64,000 nucleotides of DNA, taken from NCBI GenBank assembly GCA_965232515.1, contig CBDDPY010000002.1:5824001-5888000 (forward strand). The letters are read 5' to 3'. Positions 39,927 through 49,479 of this stretch are shown piece after piece. Source of the DNA: Alphaproteobacteria bacterium (GTDB taxonomy: Bacteria; Pseudomonadota; Alphaproteobacteria; GCA-2731375). Positions within the stretch are counted from its first letter, which is position 1. Every line of letters starts with the position of its first letter. The notes under the pieces are model-generated. The model ran no database searches. It was not told where the DNA came from and was given only the letters and a program-made list of their open reading frames with translations. Both the position numbers and the translations under genes were made by a program.

Positions 39927-42365
39927 CTACAGCGTCGCCATGAAGGCGGTCAGCGCCGCCTTGTCGGCGGGCGACAGGTTCTCGCCGAAGCGGTGGCCGG
40001 CATTGTCGATCAGGTCGACATTGTTGCTGTAGAAGGCCTGGATATAGCGATTCTGCACCACCGACAGATCCAGCACGTAGCTGCGCGGATTGGCCAGGAA
40101 GTCCTTGATCGTGCCCTCGAGCGCGGCGACCAGCTCCGCCTGCTTGTCGTCGCTCAGGATGCCGTCGTACTTCGCCGCCAGCTTCCCGCGGTCCGTCTTC
40201 AGCAGGACCATGTCCTGAATCAGATCCTTGAAACGCAGATTGTTGATCAGGCCGGCCGGGAAGCCCTTCGGCACGCGCAGGCTGAGGCCCGTCTTCAGTT
40301 CGCCCAGCTCGATCTCGGGCGCCACGTCGACGATCATGTCGGTGCCCAGCAGTTGCATCTTCGGAATGCGCTTGTCGGGGTTCAGCAGCGCGTCCATCGA
40401 CGCCTTGTACAGCTCATAGCGCCCCTTGACGGTGGTGTCGTACGGCCAACAGGCGGGCGCGTTGGCGAGCGGCTTGCCGTCGGCGTCGACATAAGGCGAG
40501 ACATAGAGCTGGTTCCCGGCGCTTGCCGGCTGACCGCAGATCTCCGGCCCGATGGCGTTGTTGTGCATGAACGGCGCGTGCGCCCAGGCGCTCAGCAGCG
40601 AGATGTTGCGGTAATAGCCGCGGCCGCCACCCTTCATGACTTCCTTGAGGTTCGGATCGGCCGGGTTCGCCTGCAGCGTCAGCGAGGCATACTGCTCCCA
40701 GACCCGGCTCTTCATGTGGTTCGAGTGCAAGGCCCGGCCGCGGAAAGTGCCGACCTCGGAGGCGGGCGTCAGCAGGTCGTTGCCCAACCAGTCGATGCGC
40801 CGCGACGGATCGTTCGGATCCGGCGCCCTGAAGTCGACATTGTCGTAGGGCGGATTCTGGCTCGAATGACAGCGCGCGCAGGACTGCGCGAACACCTGCC
40901 GGCCCCGCTCGACCGAGCCGGCGCCGAATTCACGCTCCAGTTCTACTTCAAGATCGCGCGGGTCGTCGTGGCCGCGCGCCTTGTAGAGGTCGGTCGGCCG
41001 GCCGCTCAGCAGGAAATTGGCGACGTCGCCCAGGCGGTCCTCCATGGCCCGGAACGAGGCGCAGTCGCGCCGGCACTGGCCGATGTCGAACGGCGTCTGG
41101 CCGTAGTTGCGCTGGCTCGGGTCGGCCGCGCGCAGGTCGGGCACGTGGTTCAGCCAGCACTGCTCGGCGCAGGAGCCGATGTTGAAATAGACCCGCTGGA
41201 TCGCTTCCAGCAGGCCGATGCTATCCTCGCCGCCCTTCAGGACGTTCGGCACCATCTGCGTCTGCTGCAGCCGCTGCCAGCATTTGCCGGGCTTGCCGGG
41301 CTCGCACCAGCACTGGGCGGGATCGGCGCCGACTTCGCAGCTCGACGCCTTGTGCCACTTGATGATGTCGTGCTCGTGCACCGGCCGTTTGTCGAAGTTG
41401 ATGATGGCGTTGAAGGTGCCGGGATTGCTGACCAGGTCCATGGGCAGGGCTGACGTGTCGACCGTGCCGGGACGGGCGCGGGCGATCAGCTGCCATTCCA
41501 GCGTCTCGTGCGACATGCCCGAGCCGAGGATCTCGGAGATCCGGCTGTACTGGTTGCCGACCAGACCGTCGATATTCTCCCACTTGGGATTGTCCGGGTC
41601 GGCCGGCGGGTTCAGCGGGTCGTAGGCGATATGGCAGCCGCCGCAGGACATGCCGATCAGGAACGGCGGCTCGACCGAGCCGTCGAACAATCGGTTTTTC
41701 CGCGAATCCACGTCATCGGGGTCGTCGGACAGGAACTTGCCGTAGTTTTCCCAGGTCCCGAGCGAGCCGTTCAGCTCTTTCCAGCGGACCGGGTCGAAGC
41801 GCGGATTGGGGAACTTGCGCAGACCCAGCGCGCCGGTCGAGGTGCCGAACTGCAAATCGCAGGTGCTTTGGCGTTGATCGGTGGGCCCGTGCGGCGTGTT
41901 CGGATCGAACGGCGCATCCGTGAGATCGCAGGCCGGATCGCGGTAGCCGGACTTGCCGACATGCGCCAGCAATTCTTCGTCGCCCGGACACCATGGAAAA
42001 CCATAGGTCTCGTCCAGGCTTTGGGCCGGGCAATTGTCGCTGCCGGGCACGCAACAGTCGGGGTTCGGAATCGCGCCCCAGGTCTGGAACAGCTCACCCT
42101 TGTTCTTGGCGGCGAGGATCCGGTACCAGTCGATAGCGCCGCCCAGCCGCTGCGGAAAGCCGTAGGTGAAGAAGCGCGCGTTAAAGGCTGTCGCGAACAG
42201 CCAGATCTCGCGGCCGACCCGCTCCGATTCGCTGTAGCCCTCGTTCGTCGCCGCGAAGTCCTCGCTCAGCGAGCTCTGCGCTTTCGCCGGCGCGACGGCA
42301 AGAAGCATCGCAACCAGCGCCAAGATGACAAAGGAAAAGTTATGGAAAATCGCTGACTTTTTCAT
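39927..42365 (-). CDS. Large exported Cys-rich di-haem cytochrome c, RoxA-like
   Basis: Signal peptide ending AKA, CGGCH and CARCH, HAPFMHNN, NAGHRFG, 20 Cys in total. Confidence 0.8.
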   Translation of the reverse strand: MKKSAIFHNFSFVILALVAMLLAVAPAKAQSSLSEDFAATNEGYSESERVGREIWLFATAFNARFFTYGFPQRLGGAIDWYRILAAKNKGELFQTWGAIPNPDCCVPGSDNCPAQSLDETYGFPWCPGDEELLAHVGKSGYRDPACDLTDAPFDPNTPHGPTDQRQSTCDLQFGTSTGALGLRKFPNPRFDPVRWKELNGSLGTWENYGKFLSDDPDDVDSRKNRLFDGSVEPPFLIGMSCGGCHIAYDPLNPPADPDNPKWENIDGLVGNQYSRISEILGSGMSHETLEWQLIARARPGTVDTSALPMDLVSNPGTFNAIINFDKRPVHEHDIIKWHKASSCEVGADPAQCWCEPGKPGKCWQRLQQTQMVPNVLKGGEDSIGLLEAIQRVYFNIGSCAEQCWLNHVPDLRAADPSQRNYGQTPFDIGQCRRDCASFRAMEDRLGDVANFLLSGRPTDLYKARGHDDPRDLEVELEREFGAGSVERGRQVFAQSCARCHSSQNPPYDNVDFRAPDPNDPSRRIDWLGNDLLTPASEVGTFRGRALHSNHMKSRVWEQYASLTLQANPADPNLKEVMKGGGRGYYRNISLLSAWAHAPFMHNNAIGPEICGQPASAGNQLYVSPYVDADGKPLANAPACWPYDTTVKGRYELYKASMDALLNPDKRIPKMQLLGTDMIVDVAPEIELGELKTGLSLRVPKGFPAGLINNLRFKDLIQDMVLLKTDRGKLAAKYDGILSDDKQAELVAALEGTIKDFLANPRSYVLDLSVVQNRYIQAFYSNNVDLIDNAGHRFGENLSPADKAALTAFMATL

Positions 42366-42631
42366 GACCCGCCCTCATAGATCATCCGAACACTACACGA
42401 TATCGAAACAATGGCCCAAACAGACCTCGGCGAATGTCTGTGACATTTTTCGGACACGCGTCGAGTCCTTGCACGATGCTTGGCTTCATCTCCGGTTGAT
42501 CTGCAAACAATCGTTTTCGCAATCGCGTCGCCATCCATCCCGCGGATGGCTAGACCGACCGAATCGCCATCATCGCCGGAGATGTCGCCCCGCTTCGAAC
42601 CGCGACAGTTCCACAGCTCGAGAAATCTTGA

Positions 42632-42647
42632 TGTGAAATTGCTCACA
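42632..42647. promoter_or_regulatory. CRP/FNR-family palindromic binding site
   Basis: TGTGA-aattgc-TCACA, exact CRP core consensus, about 270 bp upstream of the haem operon start. Confidence 0.55.
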
Positions 42648-42652
42648 ACACG

Positions 42653-42681
42653 GCAACGGCGCGGGTTAACCGCGCCGTTGC
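42653..42681 (-). terminator. Stem-loop downstream of the response regulator (probable terminator)
   Basis: gcaacggcgcgg-gttaa-ccgcgccgttgc, 12-bp perfect stem, weak U tract. Confidence 0.5.
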
Positions 42682-42713
42682 TCCACGGGGTAATTGCTGT
42701 TGCGCGCCGGGAT

Positions 42714-43496
42714 CTAACGCCAGCGGTACCCGTAACCGGGGCAGTTCTCGATTTCGACGAAATGACTGTCGATCATGCTGAACTTGCGGCGAATCCGCTT
42801 GATGCAGGCGCGGACGTTGGTGCGATAGCCGTTGTCCCCGTCGCCGGCGATGAAACCGTCGCCATGCACGACGTCGTAGATCTCCCGGTAAGACGTGTTC
42901 TCGCCGGCGCGCGACGCCAGCAGACGGACGATATTGAACTCCGTCAGCGTCAACTCGACCTCGCGGCCGCGCCAGACGGCCCGGCTGGACGAGAGTTCCA
43001 AGGCCCCCCGGCGCACCACGCCCACCTCGGCCGGCGCGTCGGCCGCGTTCTTGTCGCGCTCGCCGATCAGCTTCAGCCGGCGAACCAGGATCGACAGGCT
43101 GCGGGACTTATCGATGAAGTCGACCGCGCCGCCGCCGAGCGCCACGTCCTCGTAGACCTGGTCGCACATGACCGTCAGGAAAACGACGGGCACGCGAACG
43201 CCGTCGCGCCGCAGGCGGCGGAACAGATCCGAGCCCGACATGCCCGGCATCTTCCAGTCGAGGATGATGATGTCGCCGGTGTCGCCGTTGGCGAAATACT
43301 TCAGGACATCGACGCCGTTGTTGAAGTCGACGACGTCGAAGCCCTCGTCGAGCAGGTTCCCGCGAAGCACCTCACGAAAATCCTCGTCGTCGTCCACCAG
43401 TACCAATCGCGTGCGCTGACGCACCGCGCGGATCGGCGGTTTTTCATGTTCGGACGCAGACGGTTCGTTGTCGTCTGTGTATTGCAGATGCGTCAT
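42714..43496 (-). CDS. Orphan OmpR-family (ChvI-like) response regulator
   Basis: LVLVDDD, ILDWKMPGMSG, LTLTEF, GYGYRW; no adjacent kinase. Confidence 0.88.
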   Translation of the reverse strand: MTHLQYTDDNEPSASEHEKPPIRAVRQRTRLVLVDDDEDFREVLRGNLLDEGFDVVDFNNGVDVLKYFANGDTGDIIILDWKMPGMSGSDLFRRLRRDGVRVPVVFLTVMCDQVYEDVALGGGAVDFIDKSRSLSILVRRLKLIGERDKNAADAPAEVGVVRRGALELSSSRAVWRGREVELTLTEFNIVRLLASRAGENTSYREIYDVVHGDGFIAGDGDNGYRTNVRACIKRIRRKFSMIDSHFVEIENCPGYGYRWR

Positions 43497-43905
43497 GGCA
43501 GTGGCCCTCGTTTGCCATCGCATAATTGATGTGTTCTGGCGTCTCGCTCCCTGGTGTCGCCCCCAGTCACCAACCCGATGTCAATCTGCCATCGCAGGAT
43601 GGCAGATTGTCGTCCGGCCCGATGACCGCATCGTGATGCCGGTGCCCGTCATTGGCTTGCCCCGGTGTCATGTCCTGGATTGCCCGCCGTCCGTTTCCGA
43701 CATTCGTCATTCCGACGTTTATAACCTAGCAAAGCTTTCGCTGTTTTCGCACAAGCTTTTTATTCGCAGTCGAAATCTTCTCTTATTTAAGTAGTTCCGA
43801 TTTCGTCGATATCGAGTCAATCGAATTACACTGCGAACGACTGCAATGGCAACGTGCATATCTGCAGACCTCGCATGCGTCGCAGAACGGCCGGCACCCC
43901 GGTCG

Positions 43906-44262
43906 TCAGCGCGGTAGCGGTTTGGCGAAGCTGATCTCATGACCGTCGGGATCGGTCAGGTGAAAATAGCGCTCGCCCCATTCCGCATCGCGCGGGGCGG
44001 CCTCGGGCTGGTAGCCGTTGTCGAGCGCTGTTTTGTACAAGGCGTCGACGTCGTCGACGTGGAAGATGAACCGGCCCCACCAGGACCATTGCCGCGTCGC
44101 CGGCTGCGCGATCAGATTGAGGAAGCCGCGGCCGGCCGCAAAACTCGTGAATTCCGCCGATTCGCCGCCAAAAACCGGCTCGAATCCGAGCGACCGGTAA
44201 AAACCGACCGCCCGGCGCATGTCGTGTGTCGCCAGTGTGATGGCGCTAATGCTCGTGATCAT
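43906..44262 (-). CDS. VOC/glyoxalase family protein
   Basis: FYRSLGF, PRDAEWGERYFHLTDPDGHEISF. Confidence 0.9.
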   Translation of the reverse strand: MITSISAITLATHDMRRAVGFYRSLGFEPVFGGESAEFTSFAAGRGFLNLIAQPATRQWSWWGRFIFHVDDVDALYKTALDNGYQPEAAPRDAEWGERYFHLTDPDGHEISFAKPLPR

Positions 44263-44353
44263 GATGCCCACCGCCGCTTCGGGACCTGGCGGCTGGCGAC
44301 GAAGCGCCCGCCACCAGCGTCCGGATCAACCGCAATATTCGAAGCTTCAGCAT

Positions 44354-44381
44354 CTTGAATTGCGCTGGCACCTGTCCATAT
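44354..44381 (+). promoter_or_regulatory. RpoH (sigma32)-like promoter upstream of the HtpX-like gene
   Basis: CTTGAA-N16-CCATAT. Confidence 0.5.
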
Positions 44382-44654
44382 CGAAAACAGTAGCGACGGA
44401 AAATATTTCCCGATCGCGTTGAATTGGGTGCCGTTGTATCGGGCACTCGATTGCCGGTCTCGACGGCCAAAAGGCGGCGCCAGATCCGCCAGACAAAAAT
44501 TTCTTTAAAGCATAATCTGCCGGCCAGCGACCTGCCCCCCTGGGTCGGATTTTCGGTCGGTAGGGAGCGTCGGGTGTCGAGCCCGACGCTCCGCTATTGC
44601 CGGACATGCGCGCGGGCGGAGCGCCGGCGCTCTCGTCCGCTGTAAACACATGCG

Positions 44655-45530
44655 ATGATGGAGTTGGGTGTGAAGCCGGTCCGGCTCACCGAACCGATGC
44701 GGTCGACCCGCCTGGGGTTCGGCATTTTCAGCCGAGGCGGCCTGCTGTTCGGTGCGATGTCGGCGTTGGCCGTTTTCTGCGCCTGGCTGGTCGCCGGCAA
44801 TGCGGGGATTTTCCTGGCGATCGGCATCGTCTTCGCCACATTGGTCTTCGGACAACGCTTGTCGCCGCGAGCGATCATGCGCCTGCATCGCGCCGCGCCG
44901 CTGCCGGCCTGGCGCCTGCCGGCGGTGCATGCCGGCCTCGCGACGTTGGCGCACCGGGCCGGTCTGGGCCGGGCGCCCGAGATCTACCGGCTGCGCCGCG
45001 ACGATATCGTCGCCTTCACCGTGGGTAACGGGGACCGCTCGGCGATTGCCGTCTCCGACGGCGCGCTGCGGCACCTGCCGCCGCGCGAGCTCGGCGCCGT
45101 TCTCGCCCATGAGGTGGCGCACGTCGCCGCCGGCGACACGGCCTGGATGACGTTGGCCGACGTCATCGCGCGCACCACCACCAGCATATCCCTGGTCGGT
45201 ATTCTGAGCGGCCTGATCCTGGCGCTGATCAGCGGCGAGATCGCCATTCCGCTGTGGGCGGTCATGCTGCTGGCGTTGGCGCCGATGGCGACGGGGTTGC
45301 TGATGTCGGCCTTTTCGCGCGAACGCGAGTTCGCGGCGGACCTGGCCGCCGCCCGCCTGACCCGCGATCCCGCCGGTCTTGCCGCCGCGCTGGCGCGGAT
45401 CGATGCGGCGACGCACGGCGCCTGGCACGTCTTTCTGCGCTCGACGCGCCGGCGGGTCGCGCCGTCCATGCTGCGCTCGCATCCGCCCACCCAGGAACGC
45501 ATTCAGCGGCTGTTACAGCTCGCCGCGTGA
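44655..45530 (+). CDS. M48 zinc metalloprotease (HtpX-like)
   Basis: LAHEVAH, SREREFAAD, SHPPTQERI, TM segments. Confidence 0.88.
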   Translation: MMELGVKPVRLTEPMRSTRLGFGIFSRGGLLFGAMSALAVFCAWLVAGNAGIFLAIGIVFATLVFGQRLSPRAIMRLHRAAPLPAWRLPAVHAGLATLAHRAGLGRAPEIYRLRRDDIVAFTVGNGDRSAIAVSDGALRHLPPRELGAVLAHEVAHVAAGDTAWMTLADVIARTTTSISLVGILSGLILALISGEIAIPLWAVMLLALAPMATGLLMSAFSREREFAADLAAARLTRDPAGLAAALARIDAATHGAWHVFLRSTRRRVAPSMLRSHPPTQERIQRLLQLAA

Positions 45531-45548
45531 TTGCGGGGGACGTCCGCG

Positions 45549-45788
45549 CTAAAGCCCGAGCAGCCTGTCGACGTTCTGCGGCGCCAGTTGCGGTCCGGTG
45601 TAGATCTCGTCGCCGATCTGCAGCGCCGGGGTCGAGCGGATGTTGCGGCTTTCCAGCAGGTCCGCCGCGGCCTCGTCCATCAGCAGATCCTTCACATCGA
45701 ATTCGACGTCATGGGCCTTCAGATAGGCCTTGAGCTGCTCGCAGGGCCGGCAGAGCGGCGTCGTATAGACGATGATCCGTTGCGCCAT
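45549..45788 (-). CDS. Glutaredoxin/NrdH-like redoxin
   Basis: YTTPLCRPC, RSTPAL; ATG 5 nt after the stop of the upstream selenoprotein gene. Confidence 0.85.
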   Translation of the reverse strand: MAQRIIVYTTPLCRPCEQLKAYLKAHDVEFDVKDLLMDEAAADLLESRNIRSTPALQIGDEIYTGPQLAPQNVDRLLGL

Positions 45789-45793
45789 CGGCG

Positions 45794-46669
45794 TCACACC
45801 TTTCCCTTGGCCTTCAGCTCCTTGTAGAGCTGCTTCTTCTTCAGCCAGTGGTCGTAGTCGTCGCCCTCGTTGAACGGCTGCGCCTCGGTGAAGATCAGAT
45901 CCTTCCAGCGCTCGCCCTTGGGCCATTGCAGCGGCGCTTGCACGGTCGTGCGCGGCGCGGTCGCCGTTTCCAGCAGGTCGAGCGCCTGCCCAACGACGGA
46001 TCGTTGCATTCCGACGTCAAACGGTACGCCGCAAGGATTGCCCAACGGAAAGTCGACGAAGACGAAGCGGGCGACGCCGCAATGCTCGACGATGTCGCGG
46101 GCGCAGCCGATGACGACCGTCGGCAGGCCATGGTCTTCCAGATAGCGCGAAACCAGACTCACGGTCTGGTGGCAAACCGGTCAGACCGGGGTCAGGACAA
46201 CCGCATCGACGCCGTCCTCGCGGCATCGCTTCAGCACCTCGGGCGCGTCGTTCTCCAGCACCCGGCGCTGGCTGTACTTCTGATAGACGCCATGACAGCG
46301 CGCCGCCAGTTCGCCGATCCGGCCGGCTTCGGCGAATTCCTGCAAACGGGTGAGCGGGAAATAGCTGTTCACGTCGTCGAGATGCGTCGCGTGCTTGTCG
46401 TAATCGACCTGCCGGCTGTAGAGCCGGTCGATGGGCGTGTCCGAGGGGATCGAATAGACGTTGCCGACGGTCTCCTCTTCCAACGAGACCTCGCCGTCGC
46501 CGCGCACCGAAATCTCGCTGGTCGACACCAGGGCAATCCGCGACTGATTCAACGGTTTGGCCAGCGGGGTGAACGGCACATCGTCGAAATGCGCCCATTC
46601 ATAGGCTTTGTCGTAGCCGAGCGAATGATAGTAGTCCCGCGTCCTGTCGATATATCTCACATGCGTCAT
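45794..46669 (-). CDS. PrdB/GrdB-like reductase selenoprotein B family protein (Sec at UGA 46181-46183)
   Basis: ORFs 46181..46669 and 45794..46162 are one frame joined through TGA: VVLTPV-U-PVCHQTVSL (UxxC); DVNSYFPL motif; hairpin after UGA. Confidence 0.88.
46152..46170 (-). promoter_or_regulatory. Putative bacterial SECIS element
   Basis: mRNA ACCAGAC-CGUGA-GUCUGGU starting 10 nt after UGA. Confidence 0.75.
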
Positions 46670-46761
46670 GGTTTCTTCGGTCCATTTATCGGTGGCGTCC
46701 GCCTGACAATGTTAAGGGTTGCCGCACCGGAACCGCAAACCGACGGAACTGATTGCCGGTT

Positions 46762-47853
46762 TCAATTGACGCGGTGGGCGTCGAGCGCCTGCCAGTCGAA
46801 GGCGATGCCGTGACCCGGCCGGTCGGGCGCGATGGCCATGCCGTCGCGCATCTCCAGCGGCTGCGCCATGTAACGCTCGAGCCCAAAGCCGTGCACCTCC
46901 AGATAGGCGGCGTTCCGCGACGCCGCCAGCAGATGCACATGGACGTCATGGGCGCCGTGCGAGGTGACGGGCAGGCCGTGCGCATCGGCGAGATGGGCGA
47001 TCTTCATCCAGGGCGTGATGCCGCCGCAGGTGGTGAGGTCGGGCTCGGGGAAATCGACGCCCCCCGCCGAGATCAGGGCGGTGAACTCCGACACGGTATG
47101 CAGGTTTTCGCCGGCCGCCAGCGGCACGCCGCCCTGCGCGCGCAAGTGCGCATAGCCGGCGTAGTCGTCTGGCCGGATCGGCTCCTCGACCCAGACCAGG
47201 TCAAACGGCCGCAGCGCCTGCAGCGCCCGCAAGGCCTGGTCAACGCGCCAGGCCTCGTTGGCGTCGGCCATCAGCTCGATGTCGGGACCGAGATGCTCCC
47301 GCATCGCCGTCACCCGCGCGATGTCCTCGCGCAGGCTGGGCTTGCCGAGGCGCATCTTGATCGAGCGGAAGCCGGCGTCCAGGCTGCGGCTGGCGCCGGC
47401 CAGCAGCTTCTCGAGCGGGAAGTTCAGATCGATGTTCCCCGCATAGGCCGGCACTTCCGGGTTGTAGCCGCCGAGCAGACGCCACAACGGCTCGCCCAGC
47501 GTGTTGCCGCGCAAGTCCCACAGCGCCGTGTCGACGGCCGCCAGCGCGAAGCTGACCGGCGCGCCGCGGCCGGCATAGTGCTGGGTGCGCCACAGGCGCG
47601 ACCAGATCCATTCGATCCGGCGCGGATCCTCAGCCCGGACGATATCGGCGTAGACCGTGTCGATGATGGTCGCCACCGCCGGGCCCTGTCCCGTCATCAG
47701 CACGGTATAGCCGCAGCCCTCCGCGCCATCGGCGTCGCGCAGCCGCACCATCACCATGTCGAATTCGCTCATGACGGCGGTGCTCGCGCCCTGAACCGGC
47801 TCGGGCAGCGGTATCCGATAGAGCGTGGTTTCCAGGCTGTCGATGCGCGCCAT
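46762..47853 (-). CDS. Mandelate racemase/muconate lactonizing enzyme family protein
   Basis: AVDTALWDL, IKMRLG, MADAN, WVEEP, AGENL. Confidence 0.9.
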   Translation of the reverse strand: MARIDSLETTLYRIPLPEPVQGASTAVMSEFDMVMVRLRDADGAEGCGYTVLMTGQGPAVATIIDTVYADIVRAEDPRRIEWIWSRLWRTQHYAGRGAPVSFALAAVDTALWDLRGNTLGEPLWRLLGGYNPEVPAYAGNIDLNFPLEKLLAGASRSLDAGFRSIKMRLGKPSLREDIARVTAMREHLGPDIELMADANEAWRVDQALRALQALRPFDLVWVEEPIRPDDYAGYAHLRAQGGVPLAAGENLHTVSEFTALISAGGVDFPEPDLTTCGGITPWMKIAHLADAHGLPVTSHGAHDVHVHLLAASRNAAYLEVHGFGLERYMAQPLEMRDGMAIAPDRPGHGIAFDWQALDAHRVN

Positions 47854-47988
47854 GTCCCAAGTCTCCTCCACATTCCGGTCTTCCAAATCATAGCGCGGAA
47901 CCGTCGGACGGAGGGACTGGACAGGACGGCCCGGCGTGCCGTCTCATATCAGTCGACGCATTCGGACGAGATCGAAGGAGGGCGCGCC

Positions 47989-48330
47989 ATGCTGATCGCC
48001 ATCGTCACCATTCCCACGGGCAGCAAACGCAGCAAGGAGGAAGCGATCGCAGCCGGCAAGCTCTCGGCGCCGATGTATGTCGGCATGAAGGGCCTGCTGC
48101 GGAAGGATTATCTCAACGGCGACGACGGCGGTGGCGGCGTCTATCTGTGGGAGTCAAAGGAAGCGGCCGACGCCTGGTACAACGACGACTGGTGGCCGAT
48201 GATGGAGAAACGCTTCGGCGTGCGGCCGACGCTCACCTACTACGACCACTACGTCACCGTCGACAACGTGGCGAACGAAGTCCGCGTCGATGGCCAGCCG
48301 ATCGAGCTGAAACAGGCCGCCGCCGAGTAG
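47989..48330 (+). CDS. YdhR-like small monooxygenase-fold protein
   Basis: GLLRKDYL, GGGVYLWESKEAA; RBS GAAGGAGG. Confidence 0.75.
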   Translation: MLIAIVTIPTGSKRSKEEAIAAGKLSAPMYVGMKGLLRKDYLNGDDGGGGVYLWESKEAADAWYNDDWWPMMEKRFGVRPTLTYYDHYVTVDNVANEVRVDGQPIELKQAAAE

Positions 48331-48336
48331 ACAGAG

Positions 48337-49461
48337 TCAGCCGCGCAGGAACTGCAGCAGCAGCTCGCTGACCTGCTCGGGCTGTTCCTGTTGCACCCAG
48401 TGGCCGGCGCCGTCGATCAGGTGGCAGCCCCGGAACTGCGAACAGGCCGAGGTCTGCATGGCCTCGATGGCGCCGGGGGCCTGATAGATGCCCCAGTCCT
48501 GTTTTCCGGCGATGAAGGCTGCCGGCACGTCGATGCTACGGCCGGCGAAGAGGCGCAGGTCGGCGGTGTTCCGGCCGCTGGTGCCGCAGCGGTACCATTG
48601 CAAGCCGCCCTGGAAGCCGTTGCGGCCGAATTCGCCGGCATAGACCGCGAGCTCGGCGTCGGTCAGCCAGTGGCAGGCGGCGATCTCGGCGGCCGATGGC
48701 ATTTCCTCGGCCACCGTCTCGGCCATGTTCTTGTCCAGGTCCATGACGTAATAGGTCGGCAGCTTGGAGAGCTCGTCCGCGCGCCAGCCGTCCAGCGGAT
48801 AGGGACGGTTCTGCGGCCAGTCGGCGCTTTTTTGGTGATAGTAGGCGCGCAGAAAATTGTGGATGCCCTGCGGGCAGTCGCGCATGTCGGCGTCGGCCTC
48901 GGGGCCGGAATAGTACCATTGGTAATGTTTGCGTGGCCGGGCCAGCGCGGCGAGATCGTCATGGATGGTGTCAACGCCCGTGCGGGACGTGAGCGACGGC
49001 GTGCCGCCGAAGGGCGCGCTCATCATCACCACGGCAGGGAACACGTCGGGGCGGATCAGGGCGCAGCAGGCGGCGACCGGCGAGCCGAAATCGTGGCCGA
49101 CCACGGCCTCGACCGAGGCATAACCGAGCGCCGAGACCAGGCCGAGCGCGTCCGTCACCAGATTGAAGAAGCGGAACGGCTTGAGGGGATCGTCGTGCGC
49201 GCCGGCCCAGCCAGTGGTGCGGCCGTAGCCGCGCTGGTCCGGCGCGACGACGTGGTAGCCGGCCTCGGCCAGCACCGGCATCACCTTGCGCCAGCTATAG
49301 GCCAGTTCCGGAAAGCCGTGCAGCAGCAGAAGGCAGGGCCGGTCGCCGCCGTCGAAGCCGGCCTCCAGCACATGCATGTTGAGGCCGTTGCCGTTGTCGA
49401 CGAACCGCGAGCGGATGCCGGGCGGCAGCGTGTCGGCGCCATAGGCCGGAGTGTCGGTCAT
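48337..49461 (-). CDS. Epoxide hydrolase-like alpha/beta hydrolase
   Basis: LHGFPELAYSW, PDQRGYG, GHDFG, GHWVQQE. Confidence 0.9.
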   Translation of the reverse strand: MTDTPAYGADTLPPGIRSRFVDNGNGLNMHVLEAGFDGGDRPCLLLLHGFPELAYSWRKVMPVLAEAGYHVVAPDQRGYGRTTGWAGAHDDPLKPFRFFNLVTDALGLVSALGYASVEAVVGHDFGSPVAACCALIRPDVFPAVVMMSAPFGGTPSLTSRTGVDTIHDDLAALARPRKHYQWYYSGPEADADMRDCPQGIHNFLRAYYHQKSADWPQNRPYPLDGWRADELSKLPTYYVMDLDKNMAETVAEEMPSAAEIAACHWLTDAELAVYAGEFGRNGFQGGLQWYRCGTSGRNTADLRLFAGRSIDVPAAFIAGKQDWGIYQAPGAIEAMQTSACSQFRGCHLIDGAGHWVQQEQPEQVSELLLQFLRG

Positions 49462-49479
49462 CGCGTCGGACCCTCCCAT

